Made by a program: the position numbers and the translations under genes. The notes beneath the pieces are model-generated. The model made no database searches. It worked only from the letters and a program-made list of their open reading frames with translations, and was not told the DNA's origin. 64,000 bases of DNA from Tubulanus polymorphus (Eukaryota; Animalia; Nemertea): contig NC_134032.1 in NCBI RefSeq assembly GCF_964204645.1, positions 2,628,175 through 2,692,174 on the forward strand, written 5' to 3'. Position 1 is the stretch's first letter. Each line of letters begins with the position of its first letter. Below are positions 49,901-61,529 of the stretch, in pieces.

Positions 49901-52361
49901 TGAACAATTAAAACCACCAGGTTTTGAAACATTCGAAGTTTTCTATGAAACAGGGCATGTATGTTTAGGTTCAGCACCATTAACGGCTGTTAAACATATT
50001 GTAGACAAACATCGCAGTTGGTTCGAAGCCGATATTGAAACATTTGACATGGCGCAAGAAATGTTGAATACAAATGATGAGTACGAGGATGCATGGGCTC
50101 AAATTGCACCGGAATGTGAACATGAAAGACATGAGGCTATTGCTGAATCACAACCTAATACCCACGATGACAATGAAAATGACCCTAATGATATACCGGA
50201 TTTGCAGTATACCGCAGAAAAAAAATCACCTGGCAACTATGCAATTGAAAATTCAAATGCAGCCCTATCAAAAGACGCTGCATGGAAATTAATTCGATCA
50301 TTGAACAATCAACAGAAAGAGGTATTCTATAAACTGAGACAGTGGTGTATTGATATTCGTAATGGTCATAACCCTAAACCATTTCATATATTTCTAACAG
50401 GCGGAGCAGGTACAGGAAAATCACATTTGATAAAGGCTATCAAATATGAGGCATCAAGAATTCTTGCACCAACTGCTGAAAACCCAGATGATGTAACTGT
50501 TTGTTTGACTGCTCCAACAGGTGTTGCCGCATACAATATTGGTGCGACTACAATTCATAATACGTTTGCTATTAACATTGGAGCTAAATTACCGTATGTA
50601 CCTTTGAGCGATGACAAAATATCTGAATTACGTGTGAAGTTCAACAGTCTCCAAATAGTGATAATCGATGAAATATCTATGGTTGATCATAAAATGCTTG
50701 GTTATGTACACGGCAGATTGAGGCAGATAAAACAATGTCCTGATTATTCTCCATTTGGTAATGTCAGTGTTATAGCTGTCGGTGATTTCTATCAACTGCC
50801 TCCAGTCAAAGGCAAACCTCTGTATTCACCGCCTGATAATGGTGTTGATTTATGGACTAATGTATTTGAAATTGTAGAATTACAAGAAATAATGCGCCAA
50901 AAAGGTGGTGAATTTGCAGCTATGTTGAACCGACTAAGATCAAAAAAGAAAGAAGATATGCTATCAGATACAGACGACGCAACCTTGAAAGCAAGAGTTA
51001 CAGGTGAAACCAATGCAACTGCTTTAGGTATATACTCTACGAACAATCAAGTAGACGACGTTAATACAGCCATGTTGACAGAAAACTGCACTAACATTGT
51101 TGAAATTGCAGCACATGATTTGACTAAAGATCCAAGAACTGGCAGATTGATAAAAAAAGTTAATTACCACATAAGCAATAAGAGCTTATCATCGGCAAAA
51201 AGCTTATTGTTAGCCTATAATGCAAGAGTTATGCTGACTAAGAATATCAATGTTTCAGATGGACTAGTCAATGGAGTTCTTGGCACTGTGTCGCATATAT
51301 CATTTGATGATGACATGGAATGTACTACAATATATGTGATTTTTGATGATAAAAAAATCGGTAAAGAACTACGTAATACGTCTAATGTTTCTAATGTGCC
51401 AGAAAATAGTACACCAATAGTACGAGTTGAGGAATCAGCGATGAAAAATAAAGGCGTGCGTCGACAATTCCCATTGAAATTAGCTTGGGCCTGTACAGTT
51501 CATAAAGTTCAAGGAGTTACAGCACAAAACGCAGTAGTTTCGTTGAAAAAGATTTTCTCACCTGGACAGGCAGACGTAGCACTGAGTCGAGTGACATCTA
51601 TTGAAGGTTTAATTCTTGAGGATTATTCACCCAAGGCAATTTTTTGCAATGAGCTCATTAAACCAAGCGTTGAAAATATGACTCCATTCATACAAACTGA
51701 AAATGATCTATGTAACGACTGTACCCTCACTATGGCTCTACATAATACTGAAGGTTTACCCGCCCACTATAATGATATTGCTAATGATGAAAGGCTTTCG
51801 GGAATAGATTATATTTGTGTCACTGAAACCTGGTTAACTGATGATCACAACAGTGTCGACATTCAGGGATATAACTTCCACCATCAGACAAGATCTATGA
51901 GTTATGATATTGATCATGAAATGGTAACACAAATTCACGGTGGTGTAGGTATTTATGCAAAATTAACATCAGATTATGACCAGATTCCGCTACAAACAAA
52001 GAATATTGAATGTATGGCCATAAAGGATCACAAATCCGGAATAGCATTTGCTGTAATATATCGTCCTCCCTCCTACAATGTAACTCCATTCAAAATAGCT
52101 CTGAGAGATGTTATTTGTGAAATACGATCACACTCTGATCAAATAGCTATTGTTGGTGATTTCAATGAAAATGTATTAGTATCGTCGAGTGTTGCAAATA
52201 TGCTCGAAACATTTGGATATGTACAATGTGTTACTATGCCAACTACAAATGCTGGAACGCTTGTAGATCATGTATATGTCACTGGTTTTGCACGACCGCA
52301 CATTCATATAGTACCCACTTTCTACAGTCATCACGATATAGTTTCGCTAGGATTCCTCTAA
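46938..52361 (+). CDS. Helentron Rep (HUH) - PIF1 helicase - AP endonuclease
   Basis: 1807-aa ORF: Zn-finger Cys pairs, RVEFQMRGSPHVHALIW, YIVSYISK, GGAGTGKS, IIDEISM, GDFYQLPPV, FPLKLAWACTVHKVQG, VTETW, IYRPP, VGDFN, DHVYV. Confidence 0.96.
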   Translation: MQHRDKMKRLSINKYAGDPKIKEMVVASTRSRRENEKLKKKDINYVISEFRRVSKDGPEYVCSVCHRLLFRNQVKDLIENNYTTHGPTHAEIAQKCITNTYLHVCNEDCPTPCTLKTEPSIKQWICHNCHHKLLMAKIPCEAACNNLQLDRVPRELSHLNPLEEHLIAINIPFIKMIALPRQGQHGCHGPVVCVPSDVKKTTTILPRDSSDDQMMKVKLKRKLTYKGHYQYQFVDQKKIMDALTTLKSINKHYRDIELNQDWTNCLEKIDEESESEVLSTDKSSSNIDESCVNSLPTAKSEADKETNGTDSQEETEAENLHEMYMNSCLQPIDIGQEILDAHFNDILCPAPAENNSPIQILTDKENEAKSFPTLFPTGRFTYHAVRDERITLARYLHTRLMNADPRFSRNTDFIFYSQFLSEINQVASNVSIALRKGVKDSTRQFHVGLDSLRNLKDVNDIFKYNDGYKFLKPIRGTPPFWQAAQKDLLAMVRQLGVPTFFVSFSAAEMRWNEHLEAIMRIDGCNKPVSELSWSEKCGILRRNPVTAARIFDHRFHTFLNDVIKSPAQPIGEIQDFFYRVEFQMRGSPHVHALIWVKDAPKSGIDDDANVTSFVDRYITCKLPDDSEDPELHETVTSVQMHSKRHSKTCRKKGTKCRFNFPKNPSLQTFLTQEKYEPPPPPSTDESNNEEPLNEQIEAASNAMSPDQAKEILQKVWELMNKEDTDLSTTESLYRSIGITQDMFEEAYRCLSRKSSVVLKREPNECWVNQYNPALLRAWQANMDIQYVTDAFACVVYIVSYISKSEREMGLLLEHTRAEAADNNQSAKQAMKSLGSTYLHNREVSAQEAVYRVCNLKMKQGSRKVQFIPTGDNIIKLSKPLSVLQSKSADHDLTDDDVWMTGIVERYQNRPDDEEFEQMCLAQFCSEYRILAKSQVNNSSIALKNESGYIRKRTNTAPAVVRYARFSKTKQPEKHYQTSLQLFLPYRQDEQLKPPGFETFEVFYETGHVCLGSAPLTAVKHIVDKHRSWFEADIETFDMAQEMLNTNDEYEDAWAQIAPECEHERHEAIAESQPNTHDDNENDPNDIPDLQYTAEKKSPGNYAIENSNAALSKDAAWKLIRSLNNQQKEVFYKLRQWCIDIRNGHNPKPFHIFLTGGAGTGKSHLIKAIKYEASRILAPTAENPDDVTVCLTAPTGVAAYNIGATTIHNTFAINIGAKLPYVPLSDDKISELRVKFNSLQIVIIDEISMVDHKMLGYVHGRLRQIKQCPDYSPFGNVSVIAVGDFYQLPPVKGKPLYSPPDNGVDLWTNVFEIVELQEIMRQKGGEFAAMLNRLRSKKKEDMLSDTDDATLKARVTGETNATALGIYSTNNQVDDVNTAMLTENCTNIVEIAAHDLTKDPRTGRLIKKVNYHISNKSLSSAKSLLLAYNARVMLTKNINVSDGLVNGVLGTVSHISFDDDMECTTIYVIFDDKKIGKELRNTSNVSNVPENSTPIVRVEESAMKNKGVRRQFPLKLAWACTVHKVQGVTAQNAVVSLKKIFSPGQADVALSRVTSIEGLILEDYSPKAIFCNELIKPSVENMTPFIQTENDLCNDCTLTMALHNTEGLPAHYNDIANDERLSGIDYICVTETWLTDDHNSVDIQGYNFHHQTRSMSYDIDHEMVTQIHGGVGIYAKLTSDYDQIPLQTKNIECMAIKDHKSGIAFAVIYRPPSYNVTPFKIALRDVICEIRSHSDQIAIVGDFNENVLVSSSVANMLETFGYVQCVTMPTTNAGTLVDHVYVTGFARPHIHIVPTFYSHHDIVSLGFL

Positions 52362-55300
52362 TTATAAGCTGTAACTTTTCGTATACAAAATTCGAATCAC
52401 CTCGACAAAATATCCCACTGACCTTCCATATATGCATGTATTTGATAAATGTTTTTTCAGACATAACTGTTGATATTACCAGAAGATATTGAGCTAATAC
52501 AGGATGTTGGTTAATGGATCATGATCGCAAAGAAGAAGAATATTCAAGACATGAATGGGATTTACTCGTCAACAAATTAATAATTATTGGTAATTACAGA
52601 TACTTGATCAATAATTTCTATGTTTATACAAAAGAAAATAAGGCTCAACAAAAATGATACCTTGTTTCTTCGCAGCGGTCGGGTCATATTTGTAAAATAT
52701 GGTAAAATTTGTAAACAGTTCATTTCTATAGCGGCCGGGTCTGTTGTGGTAAAATTGGTCACGTTTTTAAAGATGTAATGTATAGGGTAGATAGGGGGCT
52801 GGCTTGGTCAAGTTTTAAGCTCAGCAGAGCTGAAAACAAGGTATCAATTTTTTTAGCCTAATGGGAAATAAATAATGTATATAAATATTTTTTAGATGCC
52901 AATATTGAGAAATGTTTATAAATACACAAATTTTCATAATGTTTTACAGTAAAAATTATGATTTATATGACTGGCTATGAAATTTAAATCTGTGATATAA
53001 TTCCAGGAATGATGATGCACCATCGTGCTAACAAATACAACAAACCAATCAACTATTCCTGGCCCCAGATTTAGTATCTAATGACACTGCCTCATATGGG
53101 ATACTACCTGAACTAGAATAAAATAGATACAGTACATTGAAAAATATATCAACATGATAAAATAATAAAAGTATAGATACCAATACATGGTCAAAATTGA
53201 CAAATGACACTGCATTTGATCAGTACGCAATGTGTATGAGTATCAGTGATGTGTATCAGAGCATGAGTATGTTAAAGTGGATTCAATTGATAATCGTTTA
53301 ATAAATTACCAATAACTTTATACTGGTATGATACCTCTTGTGATTGAGGCAATCAACTGAATTTCAAATCGCTGCTCTATCAGAATCTCTCACAAAACCA
53401 TATGCAGTGATTTATATTATGATATCTTCAATGGAGACTAGATTTTTGGTTCATATCTCAGAATCATGCGATCTTATAATAGGACCCCATATTGCATTGG
53501 GATATCAAAAGTGATGATTTATCTTCAGTATTTGCACCCATGAAATGACCAATGAATAAAACAATGATTTTTCCCAGACTGTGTGATACGAAAATCATGA
53601 ACTAGTAAACAACCTGTGAAATCAAATAACATCACGATGCCTCAAATCAAATAACATCAGGAAATCAAATAACACTAGGACACTTCAGTGGACAGAAACT
53701 GTCCATTGAGGTGTAGCTGTCCCACCTTATATGGACAGTTACACAGCAAAAGTTCTTCTATATTGAGGAACATGCATTGATATTACTATTTTTAAAAAGG
53801 TAGGTTACAGAAAGGTAGATGTACCTCCATGAAAACGTATCATTAAGAACAATTACTTAGAAAATTATTTAACTATTTTCAGGCCACGTAAAACAAGAGG
53901 ATCCATTGTTCGTATCATGACTGGCTACAGTATCTACAAAACATGCCATTAAAACATATGAACTGTTTCAACAATGTCTCCACAAGGTAAAGTAGCAGGG
54001 ATGAGATAAATGCATGAGAAAAATGTGAAAACTCCTGAAATTGTTAGAAATTACCAGTAAGATTTTATGTGGTTTTCCTGATGGGCTGTTTAAAATGTTT
54101 AGAGTATGGGTCCTTTTTGACCCTAGATAGTTCATTATACATGTACATGTTCTAAATGTAGTGTCAGTCATCCATTTATTTACCCTTACCGGACAGAATT
54201 GTTTTATACTGTATCTTAAAAAATTTAACTCTGCAGTTCTCGCATGTAACTTTGTTGAAATTGATGAGATCACATTAGGTATATGTCCCCTTTGAACACA
54301 ATTCTGTTTTTGGGATGAAAACATTTAAAATCTTGTTTTTTGGTGTGATGATAATAATATGACAAAAGTTAATAATGACCACATCATTAACTGTGAAATT
54401 TTCACATTTTTCATCATATCCTTGAAATATTGAGGAAATTCCTTCGCACCAATAACTGATTATAAATATCTTTCTCACTTTCAGAAAAGTTATGTAACTT
54501 TCTATTATTCAACATATTCCTCTACTTCAAACATGTCTACTTCAACAAGTCACTTCGCTTATCCTGGCAAAATACAATATGCCTGCAACAACATTACACT
54601 TCGACACCAACCCAACAGACCACACTTGTACTGAGGCATTAATGCATGTTCTTGCACATACCAGTATACTCAAGATGGAGCCATTCGAGTCATATGTCTG
54701 AATTGACAATAAATCAGGTAACTTATAATGTCTGCTTTGATGTACACTATTGTGTATTTTAATTTCTCTGCTATTTCTCTGCTATTCAAATAATAACTTT
54801 TAAATTTAACATTTCAGCAATTAACAAGCTTTATGTATATCACTGCAACATTCACTCGCAAAAATGGATAAAGAAGCGTAACATGAACTCTTATAGACTT
54901 AATGTTACTTTCTGGTTATGACGACATCTTGCTAACTAAGAGCATGACTTGTCTATGAATTCATCAGACATTCATCCACAATCTAGCTTGCAAGATGTTC
55001 ATGTTAACTTTCATATTTAAAATATATTTAATCAGATATACATAAATTACGTCATGTTCATGTTTCATATTATATATCTGTATTATTCTCTGCATAATTG
55101 ATTCATAGTAAATAAGTAATTTTTGTTACCTATGTGTTTCCTACTAAAGATCATATATGTAGATTAGTTGAAATCCAATGATTGAATGAAATAATTTTCA
55201 ATATTACTATATCTATAAACAACATATTTGATGCTTAATTACTGATTTTCCCATGGGATTTTCCTTAGTCACTGTGCATGTACAGGTCTGCAAATTGTAG

Positions 55301-55897
55301 ACTATTTGATTAAATATATGTCTCTTCCTAATAAAGGTAAACTTAAATTGCTTCCTTGCTTCATTTTTATTAACCATTTGAATTTGGAAAATCACAAAAG
55401 AATATACTTTTTCACAGCTTAAATAACTTAAGGAGATGAGATGGTGACTGCCCAAGCCTGAGTCTGACATGCACCAGTCAGTGCTGCCACGCTGTGGTCA
55501 AATAATTATGATCTAAGTTATTTTGGATGTGATGTTTACTCGTCTCCGTTTATTTCAAAAAGAGGATTGCACCGAGAGTATTAAAACCATCGTAGTGTTG
55601 ACCGTTTCATTTTTCCCACCGATTCTGCTTAATCCCTTTAGGTCACATATCGAAGAGCCCGTTGTTATGCAGCTATAGGCCCTATTTAGGGATTTCTGTT
55701 GTTACACAGAAAACCTTCATGAAAGATTGTCTGACATTATTCCTCTTCAGTTAGATGCCTTGAATCCTAGGACACCACTTTTGCAGTTGCCCTCGGGTTA
55801 TGAGGATTAATCGAGGATTATCGTTTTAAATATGATCCCCCATGCATGTGGCTAAAAAGACGTTGCTCCTCATTGAAAAACTAGTGATTAATTCCTG

Positions 55898-56034
55898 GGC
55901 CCGGTTGTGCAGACGTGACTTAAGTCCAAAAGTGGTTTTAAATCATAAACTGGTTTTTACTTGTTAGATTAGCTATAGAACTAATTTGGTCTTAGACTGG
56001 TCTATAGACTAAGCCATGACTATGCAACCGACCC
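55898..56034. mobile_element. Small Harbinger-like MITE
   Basis: GGCCCGGTTG...CAACCGACCC termini flanked by CTG on both sides. Confidence 0.55.
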
Positions 56035-58009
56035 CTGAATTTCTAAGGTATGAAGCCTAGTAAAGGATCAATCAATGTCTAGTGGCGAAGCAGCGATAAC
56101 CGGGTTTTCCGCAGTCTTGATCGTATTATTTGGATACTGTGTCGACCACGATCGTGGTATCATGTTGACGCAGCAGCACCATGCTATTCAATTGAGAATG
56201 CATGGAATTTAACCTATATTTTTTTGAATAAAATCACAGTCACTACCTACAAAATAACAGTTCATTGATACTAAATTAGTAACTACAGAGTGATCGCACA
56301 ACTGGAATATCACCCCAGACAATTTTTTTAAATTAGGATAGCCGAGACACAATCAGGCCATGAGCAGAGTACGATTATGTACTGCAATATGCAATCATGA
56401 TAACAGATTTTCAAATTTTACAATAACACTAAAATTACTGATTTAACATAGACCATATTCATGTATTCATATTCGTGCCCATTACTTATAATGCATCATA
56501 ATTAATGATAAATAATGCTAACTGAAATCATGATTATAGATTACCCTATACACGATTACAACATTTCTGATTTTTATCGCTGACAAATATTATTTAATTT
56601 TAGCCCAATACATACATTGCATTCATGCTACACAATAAAACCATGATAGTATTTATCACATACAAATATTACATCATGTGATAAATATCAATGGCAATTA
56701 CCATTTTGTTCCATCCAATTACATCTAATGCAACATAATCATCGCTGACAAATATAATGTTATTCATGCAATACAAAGAAGTCCTCGTCATGAGTGATAG
56801 CTAATATTAATTAAAATCATGACAATACATTATCAAATACATTAATTGCAATATCAAACATAATATCATATATTTATCATCAGCATATATTTTCATATTA
56901 AAGCCCATTACAAATAAAAAAAACTCGCAGCTGATCCCCGGAACGACGATGTAGTGACACACGTCGATACGCCGATGATTGATGAAAAGTGACTACAAAA
57001 TGGAAAACTAAATCATCACGTGAAAAACGAAAGTTGAATCTGAAAAACGAAACACTATTAATGTAATGAATGTAAAAAGGATATAAATAAATGATGAAAA
57101 TACATTTATTTGATTGTCTATTTTGGGAAGCGTTACATAAGTTTCATTAAAGTGATAACATGTTATAAATGGGGTTATTATTGTTAGGAGTTGTTTGGTT
57201 TTCTAATGCTTGATGTAAAGCGATGATTGTCGTGGACTGTGTGAACACAATAGCGCAGAGGAAGTGTTACTGGCATGGTGATTGGGTTGTCTAATTGTTG
57301 TGATAGGCATTCATTTAGGGGATAATGCTCTGGTAATTAATAGGCCATGCAATGTTGATATAATGATGTAATGGTTGTATAAAGATTGCACTGTTTGGTT
57401 TAGAAAACAATCGGAAAGAAACTGTGTTTGGATGGATTTGTGGGCTTTGGCAAAAAGTGTGTGAATGGATGTATTGTATGGGTGGGGTCATGGTGTAATT
57501 GGGTGCGTTAGTGAATAGTGTAATGTTTGATGCTAGGTGTGAATGTGCCTGGGAAAATTGTGTCATATATGGTCGAAAAAAATGTGTCAGTGTTGCATTA
57601 CTGATTTAGTAAATTTCACATCAAATAACGCCTGAGAACAAACTAAGTATTTGTGTAAAGTGCTCATTAACCATAATATAGAATTCATTAAGGTTGAGTG
57701 AATAGTAGGCTTAGAATTTTGGCATTAATTATTGCTTCCAATTGAGAAGATATGATCTTAATACATGATTTCCCAATGTAAGTAGATGTTACATTTATAA
57801 TAAAAATAATTACAAGTGAGGGAGAACCATTTTGTCGCATACGGAACGTGGAACACAGTCGAGGGGAATGTTGTTAATGTCACATGACATTATCAGGAGT
57901 GATGAAGCAAATATTTGTGTCAATAGCACAATAAACTATGATATATGAATCATGTTCTGGCGTTGGGAATACGTGGATGTATATTTTATCGGGTCCCTCG
58001 CAATTCATT

Positions 58010-58245
58010 TTGTAGGTTACCACCTTGTACGATCGCGCAGTTTTTTTGCGGTTGTCCTAGGCCGATTTGGTCCGGGGATGAGTCCGCGGCCGTGCGCGTG
58101 TTGTGTGGTCGCGGCTGTGGAGGGACATGGCGTGTTGTTGTGGCAACTGAGAAGACAATGGATGAAATGCGTGCGTGTGGAAGGCAGGCTTTGGCGATTG
58201 GTTTGGTACTGCAATGGGCGGGGCGTGACGTCAGGGCGCGGGTAA
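58010..58245 (+). promoter_or_regulatory. CpG-rich promoter-like island upstream of the OB-fold gene
   Basis: High CpG density; GGGCGGGGC GC-box directly followed by TGACGTCA (CRE) at ~58216-58233. Confidence 0.45.
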
Positions 58246-58551
58246 TATAGGTGTTTGGGTGATGTGTGGGTACTAGCATTGTGTATTAATAAAAGGTCTG
58301 CGGATTTGGTCTTTAGTATATAGTCGGTGTTGTTTTGATTGCAGTGATTCATTAGGCTCGCGGATAGATACGGATAGTGGATTGTTGTAGATAAAATAGT
58401 AGATTGTTGATCATTTGGAGTTTGTTCTTAGCGGTAAGTGTTTAGTTGGGTATAAGAGCTGATCTGCACCTCTTTCGTGATGGCAATATACTGAATTGCA
58501 AGTCACTGTTCTAGCATCAGAATGTGTAATGAAATCCTATGCAGTGATTTA

Positions 58552-58756
58552 GGTGCGATTTAAGAATAGGGGACTATAGCAATATATATATGTAGTGATA
58601 GTAATCAAATAAGTAATAATAATCGTAATTGATAATGATGATATATAATAATAGTAATATATATAGTAATTAATGAAGATTAGGGAACTAAACCTAACCC
58701 TAAACCTAAACCTAACCCTAAACCTAACCACTAGTCCCCTATTCTTGAATCTTACC
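58552..58756. mobile_element. MITE with ~25-bp TIRs, 8-bp TSD and (CCTAAA/CCTAAC)n core
   Basis: GATTTAAGAATAGGGGACTA / TAGTCCCCTATTCTTGAATC; GTGATTTA at 58544-58551 and 58757-58764. Confidence 0.8.
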
Positions 58757-59362
58757 GTGATTTATATGATGATATTATGAGTAGAAGAAAGTACATTTGT
58801 ATCGCAGAATCGTGCGGATGTTTCAACAGGAGACCCTATTGGATTGGGGAATGTTTTGTGATAGTTTATGTTCAATATTCGTTTACGGTTTTTCTTACAG
58901 AGATGACGTAATTTGTTGAAACAGTGTGTGCATGCAACTAATGCACTTTCAGCCAATGGTCACTGCCCCTAGGCAAATTGTCTGATATAATTGTAGGAAT
59001 TGTGAAGAAATGTTATTCTCTGGCTCAAATTTGTTAGTCATGAATGATTGTTTCATCAAAAATTCTGATATCATTGCCTTTAGTTTGACGCATGTGATCA
59101 GGTGTTGTTCAAAGATTGTGGAAATTTGAGATATAATCCAGGCTACAAATCTACGTTCTTGTGGAGTTATCATAAGATAAACCACCGTAATGTTTTTGTG
59201 AAGACATTCTCAGTCTGGAGCAGCGATTTTGGATTTGAAAGTGGACAAATCATGCATAGAAATAAGCTCTGCTATGTGTTATCCTGTTGTTTTCTGCTTT
59301 GCAGTAGGAATTATAGATATTGCAATGTGACTGATTGTGAATTGTTATGTTGTAGGTAGGCT

Positions 59363-61309
59363 ATGTCTTGCAACAACAGCACTAGGGTGAAAGTGATCGG
59401 AGGCCCGGAAGACCGAAAGAAGTCTATGATGATAGCTGTTATAACAATGAGTAATGAGGTCAAGGAATTGATTCTCACAAAGGATTTGGCATGTAAATTG
59501 GTTGTTGGTGCATTCAGGACTGTAACCAATTTAAAATTTACAAGTGGTCCTGTATGTTATGGGACAAAGAATTCCAAGGTATGTAGTGTTCGTGTTGAAA
59601 ATGGTTGCTTAGGTGATTCTATAATGGGTGGCTGGGTAGCTGTTGGTTGTTATTGCATGGATAGACCAGATTCATTTTTTGGATGGTATAATGTTATGTG
59701 GAATATCTTTAAAAAGATAGTATGGGGATGTTGTGAGGTTGACAGTTATTTACGAAAGGATGTTGTCATGATTGAAGAGGGAGTGGTTGATTAGTGCGGT
59801 GTTTTGTAGTAAATAGCATGGATGATGTGTTTGGTCATACTTTTGATTTATTTCAGATATTTAAGACTAAAGACTTTGAAGTTGACAGCGATGTGGTGTC
59901 AGGATATCTGCATGCCCCTAAGGTGTCTGTCGCTGATGCTCTGCGTTCCCCGAAGCGACGCAGGGTTAGTGTAAAGGGCAAGGTGACAAAGGTAAATGCC
60001 TATTGTTGTAGTTGGGATGGGATGCGTAGGACTTGGTAAGGATTTGTTGTAGCACTAGATGCTACACATATGTAGTACCAATGTTGTTGGTGCCGTATTG
60101 AAGTAGGACATAAATTGATTTGAATGACAGACTCCCTAAGTTGGTATTGCCTGGATGAATGCAGTTACATGACGCAGAGTTAATCCGTTGAAAGTGAAGA
60201 GTTAATTCTATAACTTACAACTGTGAAACTTGGATCCTGAGTTCAGAGTCTAAATTCTTGATGATCAAATAAACTTGAGTTAACTCACCACTGTGGAACT
60301 GGATTCCGAGTTCAGAGTTTAAATTCTTTATTGATGATATGAACTAAAGTTAACTCACAACTGTGAGACTGGATTCTGAGTTCAGAGTTTGAATTTTATA
60401 TTGACCAAATGAACTAGAGTTAATTCACAACTAAGAAACTGGATCCTGATTGTGTGATGTAAATGTGGTTGTTGAGAGGGCATTAGGATGTGTGGCATGT
60501 AGTGGCATTATGTTCCCAAAATAATGGTTTGTTGTATTAAATTTTAGGTGTATGGTGTAACATCTGGTGTCAGCGGTGACGATGTGGAATGGAAGCGTCG
60601 TGATGTGCTTATAAGTGATGAGGAGACAAGTTCTTCGATACGATTAAAATTGTGGAACGAAAATTATGGCGTTTTGGGCGAAAAAGACGAGGGTCGGGAA
60701 GTAGTAATTGAAAATGTCATCGTTAGTGTGTTTAAAGGGATCAGTTCGTTAGATAGTACAGGGATGATTCATGTGGAGGTATGGCCAATTGTGCTGGATA
60801 GTTTGTGTGGGTATGAGGATTTATATTTGAATTCATAAGTGTCTAATGTGCTATTGATATATGTTGCAGGATGTAACAGATGAGGAATCTAATATTATTG
60901 AGTTACTTGTAGTTGGTGTAGACACGCAGGAGGACGGGTATGTAGAATAATTGTATTTCATGATTTAGTAATGGTTGTGTTAGTTAATATGGCTTGCTAT
61001 AGATTTGTGGCTGTATTGCAAATGTGGTGTAGTTCTGTGTATAGGAATGTGCGGGCATGGTATAATATGTATAGGTTGTGTATGGACACTGTGTATGGGT
61101 GATATAAGTGGCTAGGAGTTGAGGTATTTATGTCATTATGTGTGATTTGGAATTGCAGGAAATTGGTTGTGGTGGCAGATAGCGGCAAGGAATTTGTGTG
61201 TGGTGCTGGTGTGATGATGACGGAAGATGATATTTTGGAGTGTGTGCCATCGAAGATGATGGCAATCATAGAGAACAATGTTGTTGAGTCGCTGGCCCCT
61301 GCTGAATAG
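59363..61309 (+). CDS. OB-fold single-stranded DNA-binding protein, RPA70/SSB-like, 5 exons, ~266 aa
   Basis: GT-AG exons 59363-59578, 59857-59991, 60548-60778, 60870-60937, 61159-61309 join in frame. VSVKGKVTK...KRRDVLISDE..SIRLKLWNE...VVIENV.V..FKG is an RPA-type OB pattern. Confidence 0.82.
60195..60450. repeat. ~70-bp tandem repeat, ~3.5 copies, intronic
   Basis: GAGTTAACTCACAACTGTG..ACTGGAT.CTGAGTTCAGAGT recurs near 60198, 60277, 60348 and 60417. Confidence 0.8.
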
Positions 61310-61529
61310 TTGTACGTATGTGGTTTGAATATTTGTGGGTAATGGTTATGCAATGAGGGAATTGTGTGATGAATGTTGTATTTTTGTTATTGCAGTGGTG
61401 ATTGCTGTGGTTACGGACATTTTGGGTGATAGATGTATGGATATGAATATGTAAAATATACCAATCATTGGAGCGTGGTATGCGGTTGTACTATGGGGAG
61501 GTGTGTTAATGTTTGTGGGAGGTTGATTA

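Larger units (their letters stand above)
40911..52361 (+). mobile_element. Helentron (endonuclease-bearing Helitron); right end not located, extends past 52361
   Basis: Left end ATTAGGGTTTCTGC..GCAGAAACCCT hairpin plus (ATT)n; Rep-helicase-endonuclease ORF with Helentron-type FQMRGSPHVH motif. Confidence 0.88.

Noticed and set aside
57945-58352. Overlapping ~100-aa ORFs on both strands
   Set aside because: Explained by locally high GC in a CpG island; no domain signal.
58688-58730. Interstitial telomere
   Set aside because: Short mixed CCTAAA/CCTAAC run inside a TIR- and TSD-bounded MITE.
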